Below are positions 51,173 to 63,869 of a stretch of DNA of 64,000 nt, piece by piece. Within the stretch, counting starts at the first letter, position 1. Every line of letters begins with the position of its first letter. The notes beneath the pieces are model-generated. The model saw nothing but the letters and a program-made list of their open reading frames with translations. It searched no databases and had not been told where the DNA came from. This DNA is from Eledone cirrhosa (Eukaryota). The position numbers and the translations under genes were made by a program. The DNA is taken from NCBI GenBank assembly GCA_964016885.1, contig OZ024741.1:204042001-204106000 (forward strand), in the 5' to 3' direction.

Positions 51173-52264
51173 TTAATCCAGAAGTCTCATTTGGCCGGTG
51201 CTTATCCTGGTTTTTTGGCGTGAAGCGACTGAGAGTACAAGACCCCCCCCCCCCCCCCCCTGGACAGGATGCCAGTCCATCACAGAGTTAAACCCCCCAG
51301 CTATTTCTGATACTCATTTTCAGCTGAGTATACTGGAGGAACGTGAAATGAAGTGTTTTGCTCAAGAACACAACACACAACCGAGAAATCAAACCCACAA
51401 CATTATGATCATAAGTCCAACACCCTTACCACTAGCCCACGTGCCTCCACTGGCATACACTATATCACTCTAAATCTCAGTGAGAACTACATTAAGGGCA
51501 CACATGTCTGTGGAGTGCTCTGTCACTTACAATATAATACAATATGGACTGTTGCTGTAATTTTTAGCATCATCCTTAACACACTGAATCACATGGAATC
51601 TCAGTGAGAACTGCATTAACCCTTTAGCATTTAAACTGGCCCATATCAGGCCAGAATTTTCTCACCTCTTTCTGTTCAAACCAGCCATAACCGGCTGTTC
51701 ATACTTATGTTAAGGTATTGTTCTCAAAATAAATAATATGGAAATCTCGTAGATTCGATATCCTGAGATATTAGGTAAGATAAAGTGTTTACTGTAAAAA
51801 ATACAATAGTAATTGATCAAATCAATTGGAACATTCTTTGTCAAAACCTACAGCATCCCAAGACACTCATAACTACTGTATCTCAACAGAAAATATTTCA
51901 AGACACTATTTCAGATTAGTATATCATCATACTGTGATGAAATCAGAAATCAATATACCATTATAATACTATAAATAATATAGAGTGATTTTTAAATTCT
52001 GGCAAACAAAATCTGAAATATAGGTCTAATTCATTCCACTTCCTCTTAATACCTTCAAACACCATCCATGGTCAATAGCCAAAAACCAGGATGGATCCCC
52101 ACCAGTCAAAGTTGCCTTCAACACATGACATAAAGTGAAAACCTTCAACGATAGGCCAACAGTGACAAACATGTCCGGTATGTAAATCTCAGAAATGAGA
52201 CGTATATATTCTGGCTCTATGCATTCTGAGTTTGAATCCCACCTCTTTCTTCCAGGAATTTCAG

Positions 52265-52870
52265 CTGGCAAATAGTATCAACAATGGAAAGCCTATCAAG
52301 ACCTTGTTTCCATCGTCTGATCTGAAGATCAACTGAACTCCTGTACTTTAAAGATATATATATTCAAAGTACATTATACTGACAGATAATATCATCAATG
52401 AAAAGACTAATGGAAACAATGTATCCTTCGTCTTACCTGAAGCTCAGCTTCTTTTCTTTAAAAAACTGGCAGATAGTACCAGCAATAGAAGGCTCAATGA
52501 AAACATTGTTTTCTTGTTCTAATCTGATGATCAGCTCCTGTCCTTTAAATATATATATTCAAGTTATGTTAGACTGACAGATATTATCAGCAATGGAAAA
52601 ATTAATGGAAACATTGTTTTCTTGGTCCAATCTGATGATTGGCTTCTTTCCTTTAAAGATATATATTCAAGTTATGTTAAACTGGCATTTAGTATCTGCA
52701 ATGGAAGGCCGAATGGAAACATTGTTTCCTTGGTTTCATTTGATGATCAGCGCTTTTCCTTTAAAGATACATATTCAAGGTATGTTATGATTGGCAGATA
52801 GCATCAACAATGGAAAGACTAAAGGAAAATTATTTCCTTGGTCTGATTTGATAAGCAGCTCCTTTCCTTA
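52265..52870 (+). repeat. ~108-bp diverged tandem repeat, 5-6 copies
   Basis: Units start CTGRCAGATA at 52265, 52379, 52467, 52574, 52682 and 52791. Confidence 0.85.
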
Positions 52871-53829
52871 AATGAAGTGTCAACACTGAAATTTTAGTTA
52901 GTGTAATACAATTATTTAGGTTAGCTCTTCAATGTGGGCTTGGGTATTTAGCACCCTAGGCTAGCCATACAATGTAAGTTCCTACGCTAACTCTGCAACA
53001 TATACCTGGGTAATTAGCACTCCAGGCTAGCCCAACAATGTGTACCTGGGTATTTTGCATCCTAAGCTAGCACAATAATGTGCAAATGGATATTTAGTAA
53101 ACTATGTTGGCTCTACAATGTGTTTAGGCATCTAGCTGTCTATCTTAGCTGTACAATGTGTGCCTGGGTATGTAGTGTCTTTGCTAGCTCTACAATGTGT
53201 GTGCCTCAGTATTTAGCACCATAGGCTAGCACAACAATCTGTGCTTGGGTATTTAGCACTAGCACCATAGGTAAGCCCTACCTATAATGTGTTCCCTATT
53301 CTACTCACCCCATTTTCCCAAATAAAATCATTCCAACTTACAGTTTTGCAAGCTGACAAACTCTTTTGGGAGCAGGGGATGTTTCCACTCCTTGCTCTAA
53401 CCACACTAAGAAACTAACTCAATCTGCATTTTCCACTACACAATCTGCACTCTCCCACACTAAATCATATGACAGGTGAAAATGTCATCACTTCGGCTAT
53501 TTCCACAATGCTGCTAAGAAATAAAAAAATATTTAGTGATTTATTTGATTACTGTAGGAAATTATTATATATTTAAGTTAATTAAACAAATATAGATAAA
53601 TCTGTGATCCTTTAAGCTACAGTACTGTGCATCTCCAAGATCAGGTGGATGCCTAGTTGGCCTTTATGATATCAACAGCCCTGTTCACAATACTATGGAG
53701 ATAAGTTGGCAGCTATTCTGACTGTCCTTGATCAAGGCAATTGAAGAAAACTGTTGAATGTACTACAACATTAAACATTTGTTGAATTACAGGAAAATGG
53801 CTGTTGTTAACATTTTGAATGACATTCTG

Positions 53830-54540
53830 TAGAAATATCACATATAGACTTCTGTAATAGTCAGTAGAAATACGTTATGTATATTATAGATTGGTGTTGA
53901 TAGTCAGCAGAAATATCACAGGTAAATTGTAGATTTGTGTTGATAGTCAGTTAAAATATCACATGTAGTCTGCTGTTGATAGTTAGCTAAAATATCACAT
54001 GTAGTCTGCTGTTGATAGTCAGTTAAAATATCACATGTAGTCTGCTATTGATAGTTAAAATATCACATGTAGTCTGCTGTTGATAGTTAAAATATCACAT
54101 GTAGTCTGCTGTTGATAGTTAAAATATCACATGTAGTCTGCTGTTGATAGTTAAAATATCACATGTAGTCTGCTGTTGATAGTTAAAATATCACATGTAG
54201 TCTGCTGTTGATAGTTAAAATATCACATGTAGTCTGCTGTTGATAGTTAAAATATCACATGTAGTCTGCTGTTGATAGTTAAAATATCACATGTAGTCTG
54301 CTGTTGATAGTCAGCAGAATACCACATGTAGACTGTAGATTGGTGTTGATAGTCAGCAAAAATAGCACATGTAGATTGTAGTCTGCTGTTGATAGTCAGC
54401 AGAAACATCGCCTGTAGAATGGTGTTGATAGTTAGTAGAAATATCACATGTGTATTGTAGATTGGTGTTGACATTTAGCAGAAATACCACATGTAGACTG
54501 TAAATTGGTGATGACATTTAGCAAAAAATATCACATGGAA
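53830..54540 (+). repeat. 32-bp minisatellite with diverged longer flanking units
   Basis: AAAATATCACATGTAGTCTGCTGTTGATAGTT; homogeneous core at 54025-54310. Confidence 0.93.
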
Positions 54541-54567
54541 AAGATTTAGTAAACTGTAGTACATTAT

Positions 54568-55294
54568 ATTGAATGTGTATTAACTGTAACACATCACATC
54601 ACATTGAATGTGAAACAAATGTGATACATCATGTCACATTGAATGTGTATTAACTGTAACACATCAGATCACATTGAATGTGAAACAAATGTGATACATC
54701 ATGTCACACTGGATGTGTATCAACTGTAACACATCAGATCACATTGAATGTGAAACAAATGTGATACATCATGTCACATTGAATGTGTATTAACTGTAAC
54801 ACATCAGATCACATTGAATGTGAAACAAATGTGATACATCATGTCACACTGGATGTGTATCAACTGTAACACATCAGATCACATTGAATGTGAAACAAAT
54901 GTGATACATCATGTCACATTGAATGTGTATTAACTGTAACACATCACATCACATTGAATGTGAAACAAATGTGATACATCATGTCACACTGGATGTGTAT
55001 CAACTGTAACACATCAGATCACATTGAATGTGAAACAAATGTGATACATCATGTCACATTGAATGTGTATTAACTGTAACACATCACATCACATTGAATG
55101 TGAAACAAATGTGATACATCATGTCACACTGGATGTGTATCAACTGTAACACATCAGATCACATTGAATGTGAAACAAATGTGATACATCATGTCACACT
55201 GGATGTATATCAACTGTAACACACCACATCACATTGAATGTGATACATCATGTCACACTGGATGTGTAACAACTGTGGAATATCACATCACATC
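54568..55294 (+). repeat. 70-bp minisatellite (2 x 35-bp) with 140-bp higher-order alternation
   Basis: TCACATTGAATGTGAAACAAATGTGATACATCATG + TCACAYTGRATGTGTATYAACTGTAACACATCASA. Confidence 0.94.
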
Positions 55295-57060
55295 ACAGAG
55301 GAAGTCTAACAACTGTGACAGATTTAGTAAACTATATCATTACATTCCATAGCAATGAACATTTCTACACCAATAATTTCTACCCACCTCTCTCTCTTTC
55401 TCTTTTCTTTCTCTCTTACTCTCTCTCTTTCTCTTTTTATTTTTCTCTGTTTCTATTTGTCTCTCTTTCAGACAACTTGCCTCCTCTCTCTCTCCTTTTT
55501 TCTGTCTACATATCCACATTTCTGTCTCTCTCTTGTCATGGCTTGTTAAACAAGAAACAACCCATTAATAATAGCAATCAGATCGACATAATATTGCTAT
55601 AATTATACCACGTTTCTGTTTACCCTCACCCTACCAACATTATATCATGCAGGAAATTTAATTCTCTAAAACACAAATATAACCAGGAGACGCTTTTCAT
55701 GAAAGACTTGTTTCATGTCTGATGGTGCCTGTTGTTGTTTGCTCTTTGACTGGTACTCTATTTATCAACACAGATACGATGAAAAGCGAACTTAATCTCT
55801 GAAGGATTTGAACTCAGAGTTCAGTGAGCCTGAACACACCAATTTGCTGTCATTCCACAGATATCCAGTTTGCTATTCATAAAGTAATAAAGTTGTATGA
55901 CTTATTGGTTACGATGTACAGCTCACAATCATCATGAGTTCGATTCCTGGTGGCACGTTGTGGCCTTGAACAAGACATTTTATTTGACATTGCTCCAGTC
56001 CACTCTGCTGAAAAAAAAATAGTTATTTTTGTAATTCAAAAGGCCTGCCTTGTTACATATTATGACATGCTGATCTCCCTAAGAACTATGTTATGGATGA
56101 ACGTGTCTGTGAAATGATCAGCTACTTTCACTTTTTATTTCATGAACAGGTTAATCAAACAATTGGAACACATGTCATTGGAACCGTTTGTAACATGCCA
56201 GCCATTTGAATTACTTCAATTTTTTTTCAACACCCTGACATCATCATCATCATCATCATTTCATTTTACGTCCACTTTTCCCTACTTGCAAGGGTGGGAC
56301 GGGAACTGATTCTGGCTTGATTTCTACAGCTGGATGCCCTTCCTAACACCAACCTCATTTACAGTGAGTGCTGGGTGCTTTTTTGCCGTGGCACCTCCAC
56401 GACCACTTTGCAGTGGAATGATAGGGACCTCAGTCCCTATCATCTCATTTCTACAGCTGAGTATGTGTATATGTGTGTGCGTGTGTGTATGGACATATGC
56501 ATACATTTATATGTATGAGTATATAAATATAAACGCACAAACACAGACACACTTACAAAAATGCACACTCACAGACATACATTCACACAAATATACATAC
56601 ATTCACACAAACACACACGTACATACATTCACGCAAACACACACATACATTCACGCAAATACACACCTACATACATTTACACAAACATACACATACATAC
56701 TCTACACACAGTGTAGTAAATGGAACACCAGCCGGTGTTTTGCTATAGTTTATTCAGCATCCCCTTCCTTCGTTTTACGCACACATACATTCACACAAAC
56801 ACACACACATTGCTCAAATTTATATATAGATAGTTACAGTCTATTTTATATTGTAGGGGGGCATTTACTTAAATTTTTATAAGCGGAGAGAGGGGGGAAA
56901 TGCGGGGGGGGGGGGTGTATAGTGTACGTTCGTAAAAATGGAATCTCAACTATAATAAAGTAAGAAGCGCGGGACTGCGTACGGTTTATAATTTTGTATC
57001 CCCTTAGTAAAATAAGTTGGATTACTTTGAATAAATAATGAATGAATATTCTATAATTTA

Positions 57061-57400
57061 TCTACTAAATTTCGTGGCTGTTCATTAAATATATTTTATT
57101 TCTTATTTGAAGATTCACTTCTTTAAAATTGATCGTTTAAATAAATATTCATATATTTCTGTCGCTAATTTTATCCTAATGCAGTTTATATATAATATCG
57201 TCTTTTTTTAATGTATCATGGATTACGTTACTGATTACATAAGAGAGTGTAACGCAGTCTTCGTTCAATTTCTATGTATATTGTCAATTACGATTTTATT
57301 TGATGTATCATATCTACATGTATATATACTTGCGTATAATATCAATATACACACTACACATGCTAGCAGAAAACCACCCAAAGGGTGGTTTTTCTGCTAG
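57061..57400 (+). mobile_element. Possible short Helitron
   Basis: A|TCTACTAAA...CCACCCaaaGGGTGG hairpin...CTAG|T. No empty site is available in the window. Confidence 0.45.
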
Positions 57401-57464
57401 TTTCTTGTAATGTTCTTTTTTTTTTTTGTCATATATGATGTTTTTTTTAATGTAAAATAAAATA

Positions 57465-57609
57465 CCGTATTTCCCAGCGTCGAAGACCCTACTTTTTTCC
57501 TAAAATAACTCAAAAATCTACCATGCGTCCTGGAGGCCGAAGGTTGTTTATTATTCTTTTTCAAAATTTTGGTTGTCAAGATTAGAGTCTTCGACGCCGG
57601 GAAATACGG
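57465..57609. mobile_element. Tc2/pogo-type MITE with TA TSD
   Basis: TA-CCGTATTTCCCAGCGTCGAAGACCCT...AGAGTCTTCGACGCCGGGAAATACGG-TA (26-bp TIR, 2 mismatches). Confidence 0.88.
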
Positions 57610-58134
57610 TAATTATTAGATTCCCCAGCTGCTGTATCAATATGAATCACAATAAAATTTCGCCGGAGAAAGATTAGCAAAATTTAATAAGCAGAGGAGG
57701 GGATAAAAGCATGAGGGGGGGGGGGGGGGGTTATTATTCAAGACACGAGAGTAAGTGAATGAACATTCCACGGACACGTGTACTCTTAACGTAATTGTCA
57801 AGGAGATTCACCATGACACATTGCATGACGAGAATGGCTCTTTGAATCACAAGTACAATTTTTTTCTTTCAGCTGAATGGACTGGAACAAAGTAACATGA
57901 AATGATATTGCTGAAGGACACAATGCACCACCAGGAACCTCACACTCGACTTTACGATCGCAAGGCAAACACACCAACCACTAAACCTCATGCCTTCACA
58001 CATTATATAAGATTAGATAAGTGAAACATTGAGAACGTAATCAATTAAAGGTGTGTAGTACTATTATAGTCTGACGACGACAGGAATCATTGCAAAGTGA
58101 ATTATTTTTGAAACTAACTACCATCTCTCTCTTC

Positions 58135-58176
<42 letters not shown>

Positions 58177-58178
<2 letters not shown>

Positions 58179-58541
58179 TTTCTCACGATTGCCCCTCAGC
58201 AGAAAGAAGTCAGTCTTATAGTATTGGGAATGTTTCTTACCGAAGAGAGAGAGAGATAGATAAATAGATAGATAGGTAGATATGTTTTTTTGCCACAGGG
58301 GCGTACAAAAATGGGACATTACAAGACGTGACGGCGGGGGTTTACATAAAAATCGTGTTAAAGTTATATGATTTTTATGTAAAAACCCCGCCGTCACGTC
58401 TTGTAATATCCCATTTTTGTACGCCCCTGTGGCAAATAAAGAAAGATATCTACCTATCTATCTATCTATCTCTCCGGCAAGAAACATTCCCAATACTATA
58501 AGACTGACTTCTTTCTGCTGAGGGCCAATCGTGAGAAAAAT
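58177..58541. repeat. ~365-bp near-perfect palindrome
   Basis: TTTTCTCACGATTG...TTTACATAAAAATC | GATTTTTATGTAAA...CAATCGTGAGAAAA, with a very short central loop. Confidence 0.95.
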
Positions 58542-58644
58542 ATTGATCTGTTTCAATAAAAGACTCTTGTGATCACATGCAACCAAAATTCACATGTATC
58601 ACGTGTTTATGTACACTTACACCCACACACATATAATGTATATA

Positions 58645-58723
<79 letters not shown>

Positions 58724-58733
<10 letters not shown>

Positions 58734-58829
58734 CGTAAAATAAGAAAATTATAAAATTAACTTACCTACTAAAATATCACTTAGTAAGTAAGTTAATTTT
58801 ATAATTTTCTTATTTTACGTCTCTCATAT
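58724..58829. repeat. 106-bp AT-rich hairpin anchored on long (TA)n
   Basis: ATATGAGAGACGTAAAATAAG...CTTATTTTACGTCTCTCATAT, one mismatch, 8-nt loop. Confidence 0.95.
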
Positions 58830-58940
58830 TATTGTTCTGCAACCCCATGCATTGAACCACAAAGTTACTAAGACAAAACCTATATATTTGCTAGCATTGA
58901 TATGCATCTGTATGTATATATATGTTACTAGATATTAATT

Positions 58941-59040
<100 letters not shown>

Positions 59041-59167
59041 GTGTGTGTGTAGGCTTTCGGATGGTGTCGGTGGGGGGAGGAGGGTAAACACAGTTAAAGA
59101 AAAGTACTCAATACGCTGGTAGAGTATAGGCATCCTGATTACATATAGAAATGACTTCTACAGGACT

Positions 59168-59224
59168 AGAACTGTTTCATTAGTATTAAATCATCAGGAA
59201 TGTCAGATAAAATTGGTCAGTTCT
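59168..59224 (-). ncRNA. Degenerate type III hammerhead upstream of the Naiad remnant
   Basis: Minus strand: AGAACTG-AC-[stem I]-CTGATGA-TTTAATACTAAT-GAAA-CAGTTCT. 7-bp stem III; cleavage triplet mutated to GAC. Confidence 0.55.
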
Positions 59225-60211
59225 GGTTATTTATAGGTGTCTATCGGGTGGTAGTTGAGGGGGCGAGGGGCCCTTTCTAATAATATAGGTATCTAGTGGT
59301 GGTGGTGGAGAGAAGGAAAGAGGAGATGAAAAAAGAAGGGTCAATTAATTAATGAGGAGTGTGAGGAGAGGGAAGAGGGTAAAGACGGGGTTGGAGAAGA
59401 AGAGGAAGAAGAGGTAGGGAAAGAACATCAAGAGTAGGGAGAAAGGAGAGGAGACGGAAGAAGACTAGGGATATATAGGAGAGAAGGAGACGCGGGGGAA
59501 AAGAGGCGAAATGATGGGGGAGGGGAGTATTTCTATAGAAAATCTTTTTTATGCATGACTAGTTTTTGGTCAAGTTAAGCATGTTTACTTAAAGAAGCAA
59601 ATAAACTTCATACATGCTGAATTTTTCGTACCAAATTTTATGTATGTTATTGATACTTCTCTGAAGAATATCCCCATACCACCACAAAAATTGATCAGGA
59701 AAACTCATGAGTTCATCAAGAGGATCAAATGAAGGGCCTTCTTCTATGACCACCCTGATGAAAAGTTGGGGTTTTAAAACCAATAAGACACCACGCACCA
59801 AAAGCTTGCTCGAACCATTCGAAGAAGACCTTTTCCAAGTGTTAAAAAATGTGAAGTTCGAACGAGCCAACATACCAGTCCAGGCCTACTTGAAGAAATT
59901 ACTACAAGAAATGAAAGTTTTACCGAGCCTCCATATCACCTCAGACAAAACCAAAAACCTAAACGGTGAATATCCCGACATACAAGCGGCTGGCTAACAA
60001 CGCCATCACCAACACTCTAAAATTTTCCAGGAAAAAGCCCTAAATGAAACCAACACAAAGGGCGAGGAAATAACATAATCCCTGAAAATCAATGACCAGG
60101 CAGAACCATAATGGGGAAACCTCGGCACTTCACCCTTGCAGACCACAAACTGAACTTCAATAGAAAGTCCACGGTTCGGCTAATAAACACAACGCATTCT
60201 GACATAAGATC

Positions 60212-63001
60212 TTTAGCAGTATTAGTTGTTGATGTTATCGCCACATTAGCAGGGTGGTAGAATCAGTGGTCGTTACTTTAACAGGGTAGATGATTGAAGG
60301 TCGTTAGTTGCCAGTGTGGTAAGTGATAGTATCCTCGTTGGATTATCTTGTTGACATAGACGTGAGGGAAGGTCCCTCGATCTATTTACCATCCATTTTC
60401 AATATTCCTCTCGTCAGGTCGCCAATTCCAGCAGCATGGATTAAAGATGTTATTGAGACACGAGTAACATAATAATGATTTCAACCGCAGTAATTAGAGA
60501 TGAAATGTTTGTTTATTTATATGGTTGAAGTTACAGATAAAAAGAGGTTACAAAAGGGAATGTGCCATTGCGCCGTTAAGCCGGCGAGGCTATGGGGTGC
60601 AATATCTCACTGTTACATTATGCGTGTTGCTGGCTCGAAGTTTCTGGTACAAGAGAGAGATTCTTCAAATCTTCGCGGGGAATTTCTTCCTCAGGGCGCG
60701 TAGGGATACATCCTCTTCTACTGGCGCTGATTGGCTGAACTGAGCCAAATCACGCACAGAGAATGTATGTGAGCCCGCGGAATGTAGGTCACTACATCAC
60801 CTCCAACCAGATTTTCAGCCGAAAATCGATAACGAAGAAACCAAGGACCCACATATTATTGAATCAGCAAGAACAAATGCTGAAAGAGCACATCAGTGAA
60901 AAAATAATTGAGCAGAATAGATTCATGCAAGAACAAAAAATAAATTAGGCGCGACGGGCCGTGTTGAGCCGCTGTCAAATGACTAGCTGTTTTGTAGTTT
61001 AAACGAGACCCTCAAGGGCCTATCAGAAAACAGATGAAGTCTGACATGGGCGAAGTTGCTGTTCTTGCATTAAATGTTAATGGTAAAGCGTTGTACCAGT
61101 AGCTGTGAACGAAGCTATTATGGTAGTTTACCAGTGCTGGCGAGAAAATGATGGCCCCCAGATGTATTGTCGAATGTGCTGTGGAGCCAGGAAAAAATGG
61201 CTGGTTGCTTTGTAAAGAAAAAAAGGCAAGTTTAATCTGTAGGTGGGTTGCAGTGTAAATTCCATAATTCGGGCGAATCCACAGAAGTGGCTGAAATGCT
61301 GACAAGTCCAGTTCAATTTGTTGCTTTCCCAGCGAGTCGGGCAAAAACAACAAGACGGATGGCCGTCATGGACGATCAGTGTGCAACGAGATGCGAAGCT
61401 GTTTGAGTTCAGCTGCAATTAGAATTCTCGTGTTGCAGTGCCTGTTTGAATCCAGTGGATTAAGCTCTGTGAGCTGCTAGCATGTGACAGCATCTCAACC
61501 AGGTGAAAAGGGACTCGCAGAATATTACATTTGAAGAACATATACCAAGAACATGTTGGTGTGTGATAAAAAAAAATGTGTGCATATGCAGGCATGTAAA
61601 ACAGCAAAGGATGTGAATGAACAAAAACCATGAGCAAACAAATAGCAAAAGAGCACAAAACAAGTAAATGCATTCTACAAAGAAATATGTGAATGTAACA
61701 AACTGATAATTCAAAGTCAATCTAGGGGAGCAGAGAAATTGCTCAATAAGTTCAAAGTTTTTCAAAGTCAAATAGTTCACAGATCACCAGTGTACATACA
61801 CTAGTTCTATCTGAAAACTGAAAAAGAAGTTTGTTAATGCCGTTAGGGGTTAGATGTATGGTGTTTTTGTGAGATTTCGTGGCCATTTTACCGTCCCGCC
61901 ACAGGGTTGTGTTGCTTATTGTTAAAGCAAAGTCAAAGAATCTTCTGTAGAGTAGGAGTCAAGCGCTGAAGAACCCAGAGTTCAACATGGCAGCCACGTC
62001 TGACGCCATAATGGTGAGAAAACTACTGTCTCAATTTCTCGCGTCCCTGTGGTAACGAGACAGAAGCTATGGTGGTTGCGTCGGTAAAGTTACAAGCCGT
62101 TTTGACATTTCCGATGTGTGGTGGTTTGCGTCGGTAAGGTTATGAAGCTGCCACTCACTATTCCCTGTTTTGGTCAGTGGCGAAACAATGTTGTCGCTGC
62201 TGCTGCTGTCTTTGTTGATCGTAGACAGGAGTTGTCGGTAGCCATTTTGAAATTTCTTCGTGGCGAAAAGTTTTTGAAATACTGCTAATTTTTCAAAAAT
62301 CTTAAAAGGAATATTTTTTATTTTCGCAAGTTGCGAAAAGGTTGGCAACGTGGCAATAAAAGTTCAACTGAATAAAAAAAGAAGGGCTGCGTTAAATTAT
62401 CACCTCGGGGTCACCACTTTAGCAGTATTAGTTGTTGATGTTATCGCCACATTAGCAGGGTGGTAGAATCAGTGGTCGTTACTTTAACAGGGTAGATGAT
62501 TGAAGGTCGTTAGTTGCCAGTGTGGTAAGTGATAGTATCCTCGTTGGATTATCTTGTTGACATAGACGTGAGGGAAGGTCCCTCGATCTATTTACCATCC
62601 ATTTTCAATATTCCTCTCGTCAGGTCGCCAATTCCAGCAGCATGGATTAAAGATGTTATTGAGACACGAGTAACATAATAATGATTTCAACCGCAGTAAT
62701 TAGAGATGAAATGTTTGTTTATTTATATGGTTGAAGTTACAGATAAAAAGAGGTTACAAAAGGGAATGTGCCATTGCGCCGTTAAGCCAGCGAGGCTAGG
62801 GGTGCAATATCTCACTGTTACATTATGCGTGTTGCTGGCTCGAAGTTTCTGGTACAAGAGAGAGATTCTTCAAATCTTCGCGGGGAATTTCTTCCTCAGG
62901 GCGCGTAGGGATACATCCTCTTCTACTGGCGCTGATTGGCTGAACTGAGCCAAATCACGCACAGAGAATGTATGTGAGCCCGCGGAATGTAGGTCACTAC
63001 A
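60212..63001 (-). mobile_element. Young non-autonomous Gypsy-type LTR retrotransposon
   Basis: LTRs 60212-60796 and 62418-63001 differ by 1 substitution and 1 indel by eye. TSD GATC (60208-60211 / 63002-63005). PBS present; purine-rich GGTTGGAGGTGA precedes the 3' LTR. Confidence 0.93.
62399..62416 (-). other. Primer binding site complementary to tRNA-Trp
   Basis: Minus strand TGGTGACCCCGAGGTGAT versus the canonical Trp PBS TGGTGACCCCGACGTGAT (17/18), 1 nt from the 5' LTR. Confidence 0.88.
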
Positions 63002-63559
63002 GATCCATCAGCAAAAAGATCATCGACAGAATCATTCCAATCGTTTGAGGCGCCTCACCATTCTTATTATGGAACAAAACATCTGAGGTCATAATATGGT
63101 TCCAAAATATACCAGATAAGTGTAGCATCCACTCCCTACAACTTAATAGAGAAGAATATTACGCCTCTATCACCGAACCCCTACTTAATGATGCGCTGAC
63201 CTACGCAGGACACTTACAAACATTTCCGATGATGAGTACGATGTGATCCTCCATGCACGAAAAACATTCCTACACCATGAAGGATTTTACTGGATCAATA
63301 AGAAATCTAACGCCCCTTTCGATGTTAGCATGGGAGCGACAAATGCCCACTTAACAACAAATGTTTGACGAACGACATCGTATACAAATGCGGTGTCGTT
63401 ACACACAAGATCAAAAAAGCATTGGTATGACATCGATATGTATATGTGCCCATAATAATAAATATATTATTATGGGCACATATACTTATAGTAATATTAA
63501 AACCAACCTCAATGGCTTAACTAAGAAAATGCCTACTCAAATGGGAGTCCAAACTCAAG

Positions 63560-63869
63560 ATGAAAGAACACAAAGTAGATTTCACAATTAACTATAAATA
63601 TCTACTAATAAATTTTGCACTGAAAGAAATAGGACCTACTAACCAAAATATTATTGAGAAAGATTAATGACAAAATTTCGAAATAGACTTGCTTACAAGC
63701 GGACCAGTGATGGCAGAGTTATCAAGGTGTTTTAAAATATTAAAGATATAGTAGATTGGGGATCCAGCCAGATCAGAGACAGTGGCTTCTGACAGGACCC
63801 GCTGGAAGGTGTGTTTGAGGACTCTACTCCACGACCCTCTCAATAATAATAATAATAATAATAATAATG

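Larger units (their letters stand above)
59660..63345 (+). mobile_element. Naiad-type Penelope-like RT remnant, split by an LTR element (parts 59660-60211 and 63002-63345)
   Basis: WGFKT..P..LEPFEEDL..LKNVKF, SDKTKNL, TLADHKLNF..VRLIN..SDIRSISKKIIDRI (frame rejoins across the insertion), VIIWF, ILHARKTFL, FDVSMGA. Confidence 0.85.

Noticed and set aside
52265-52870. TGATGA/CTGA boxes in the 108-bp repeat as a C/D snoRNA or ribozyme array
   Set aside because: Boxes are not conserved among units, with no terminal stem or guide recognised.
48696-55294. CRISPR-like periodicity in the tandem arrays
   Set aside because: No unique spacers, no cas genes, eukaryotic context.
57363-57400. Hairpin plus T-run resembling an intrinsic terminator
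   Set aside because: Eukaryotic DNA; better explained as a Helitron 3' hairpin plus CTAG.
60380-60420. CTGACGA...GAAA on the minus strand of the LTR as a hammerhead
   Set aside because: No convincing stems II or III.
59729-63049. In-frame TGA codons in the Naiad remnant as selenocysteine
   Set aside because: They fall where Trp/Arg is expected (RIK*RA, PIV*G) in a frameshifted relic, and no SECIS is seen.
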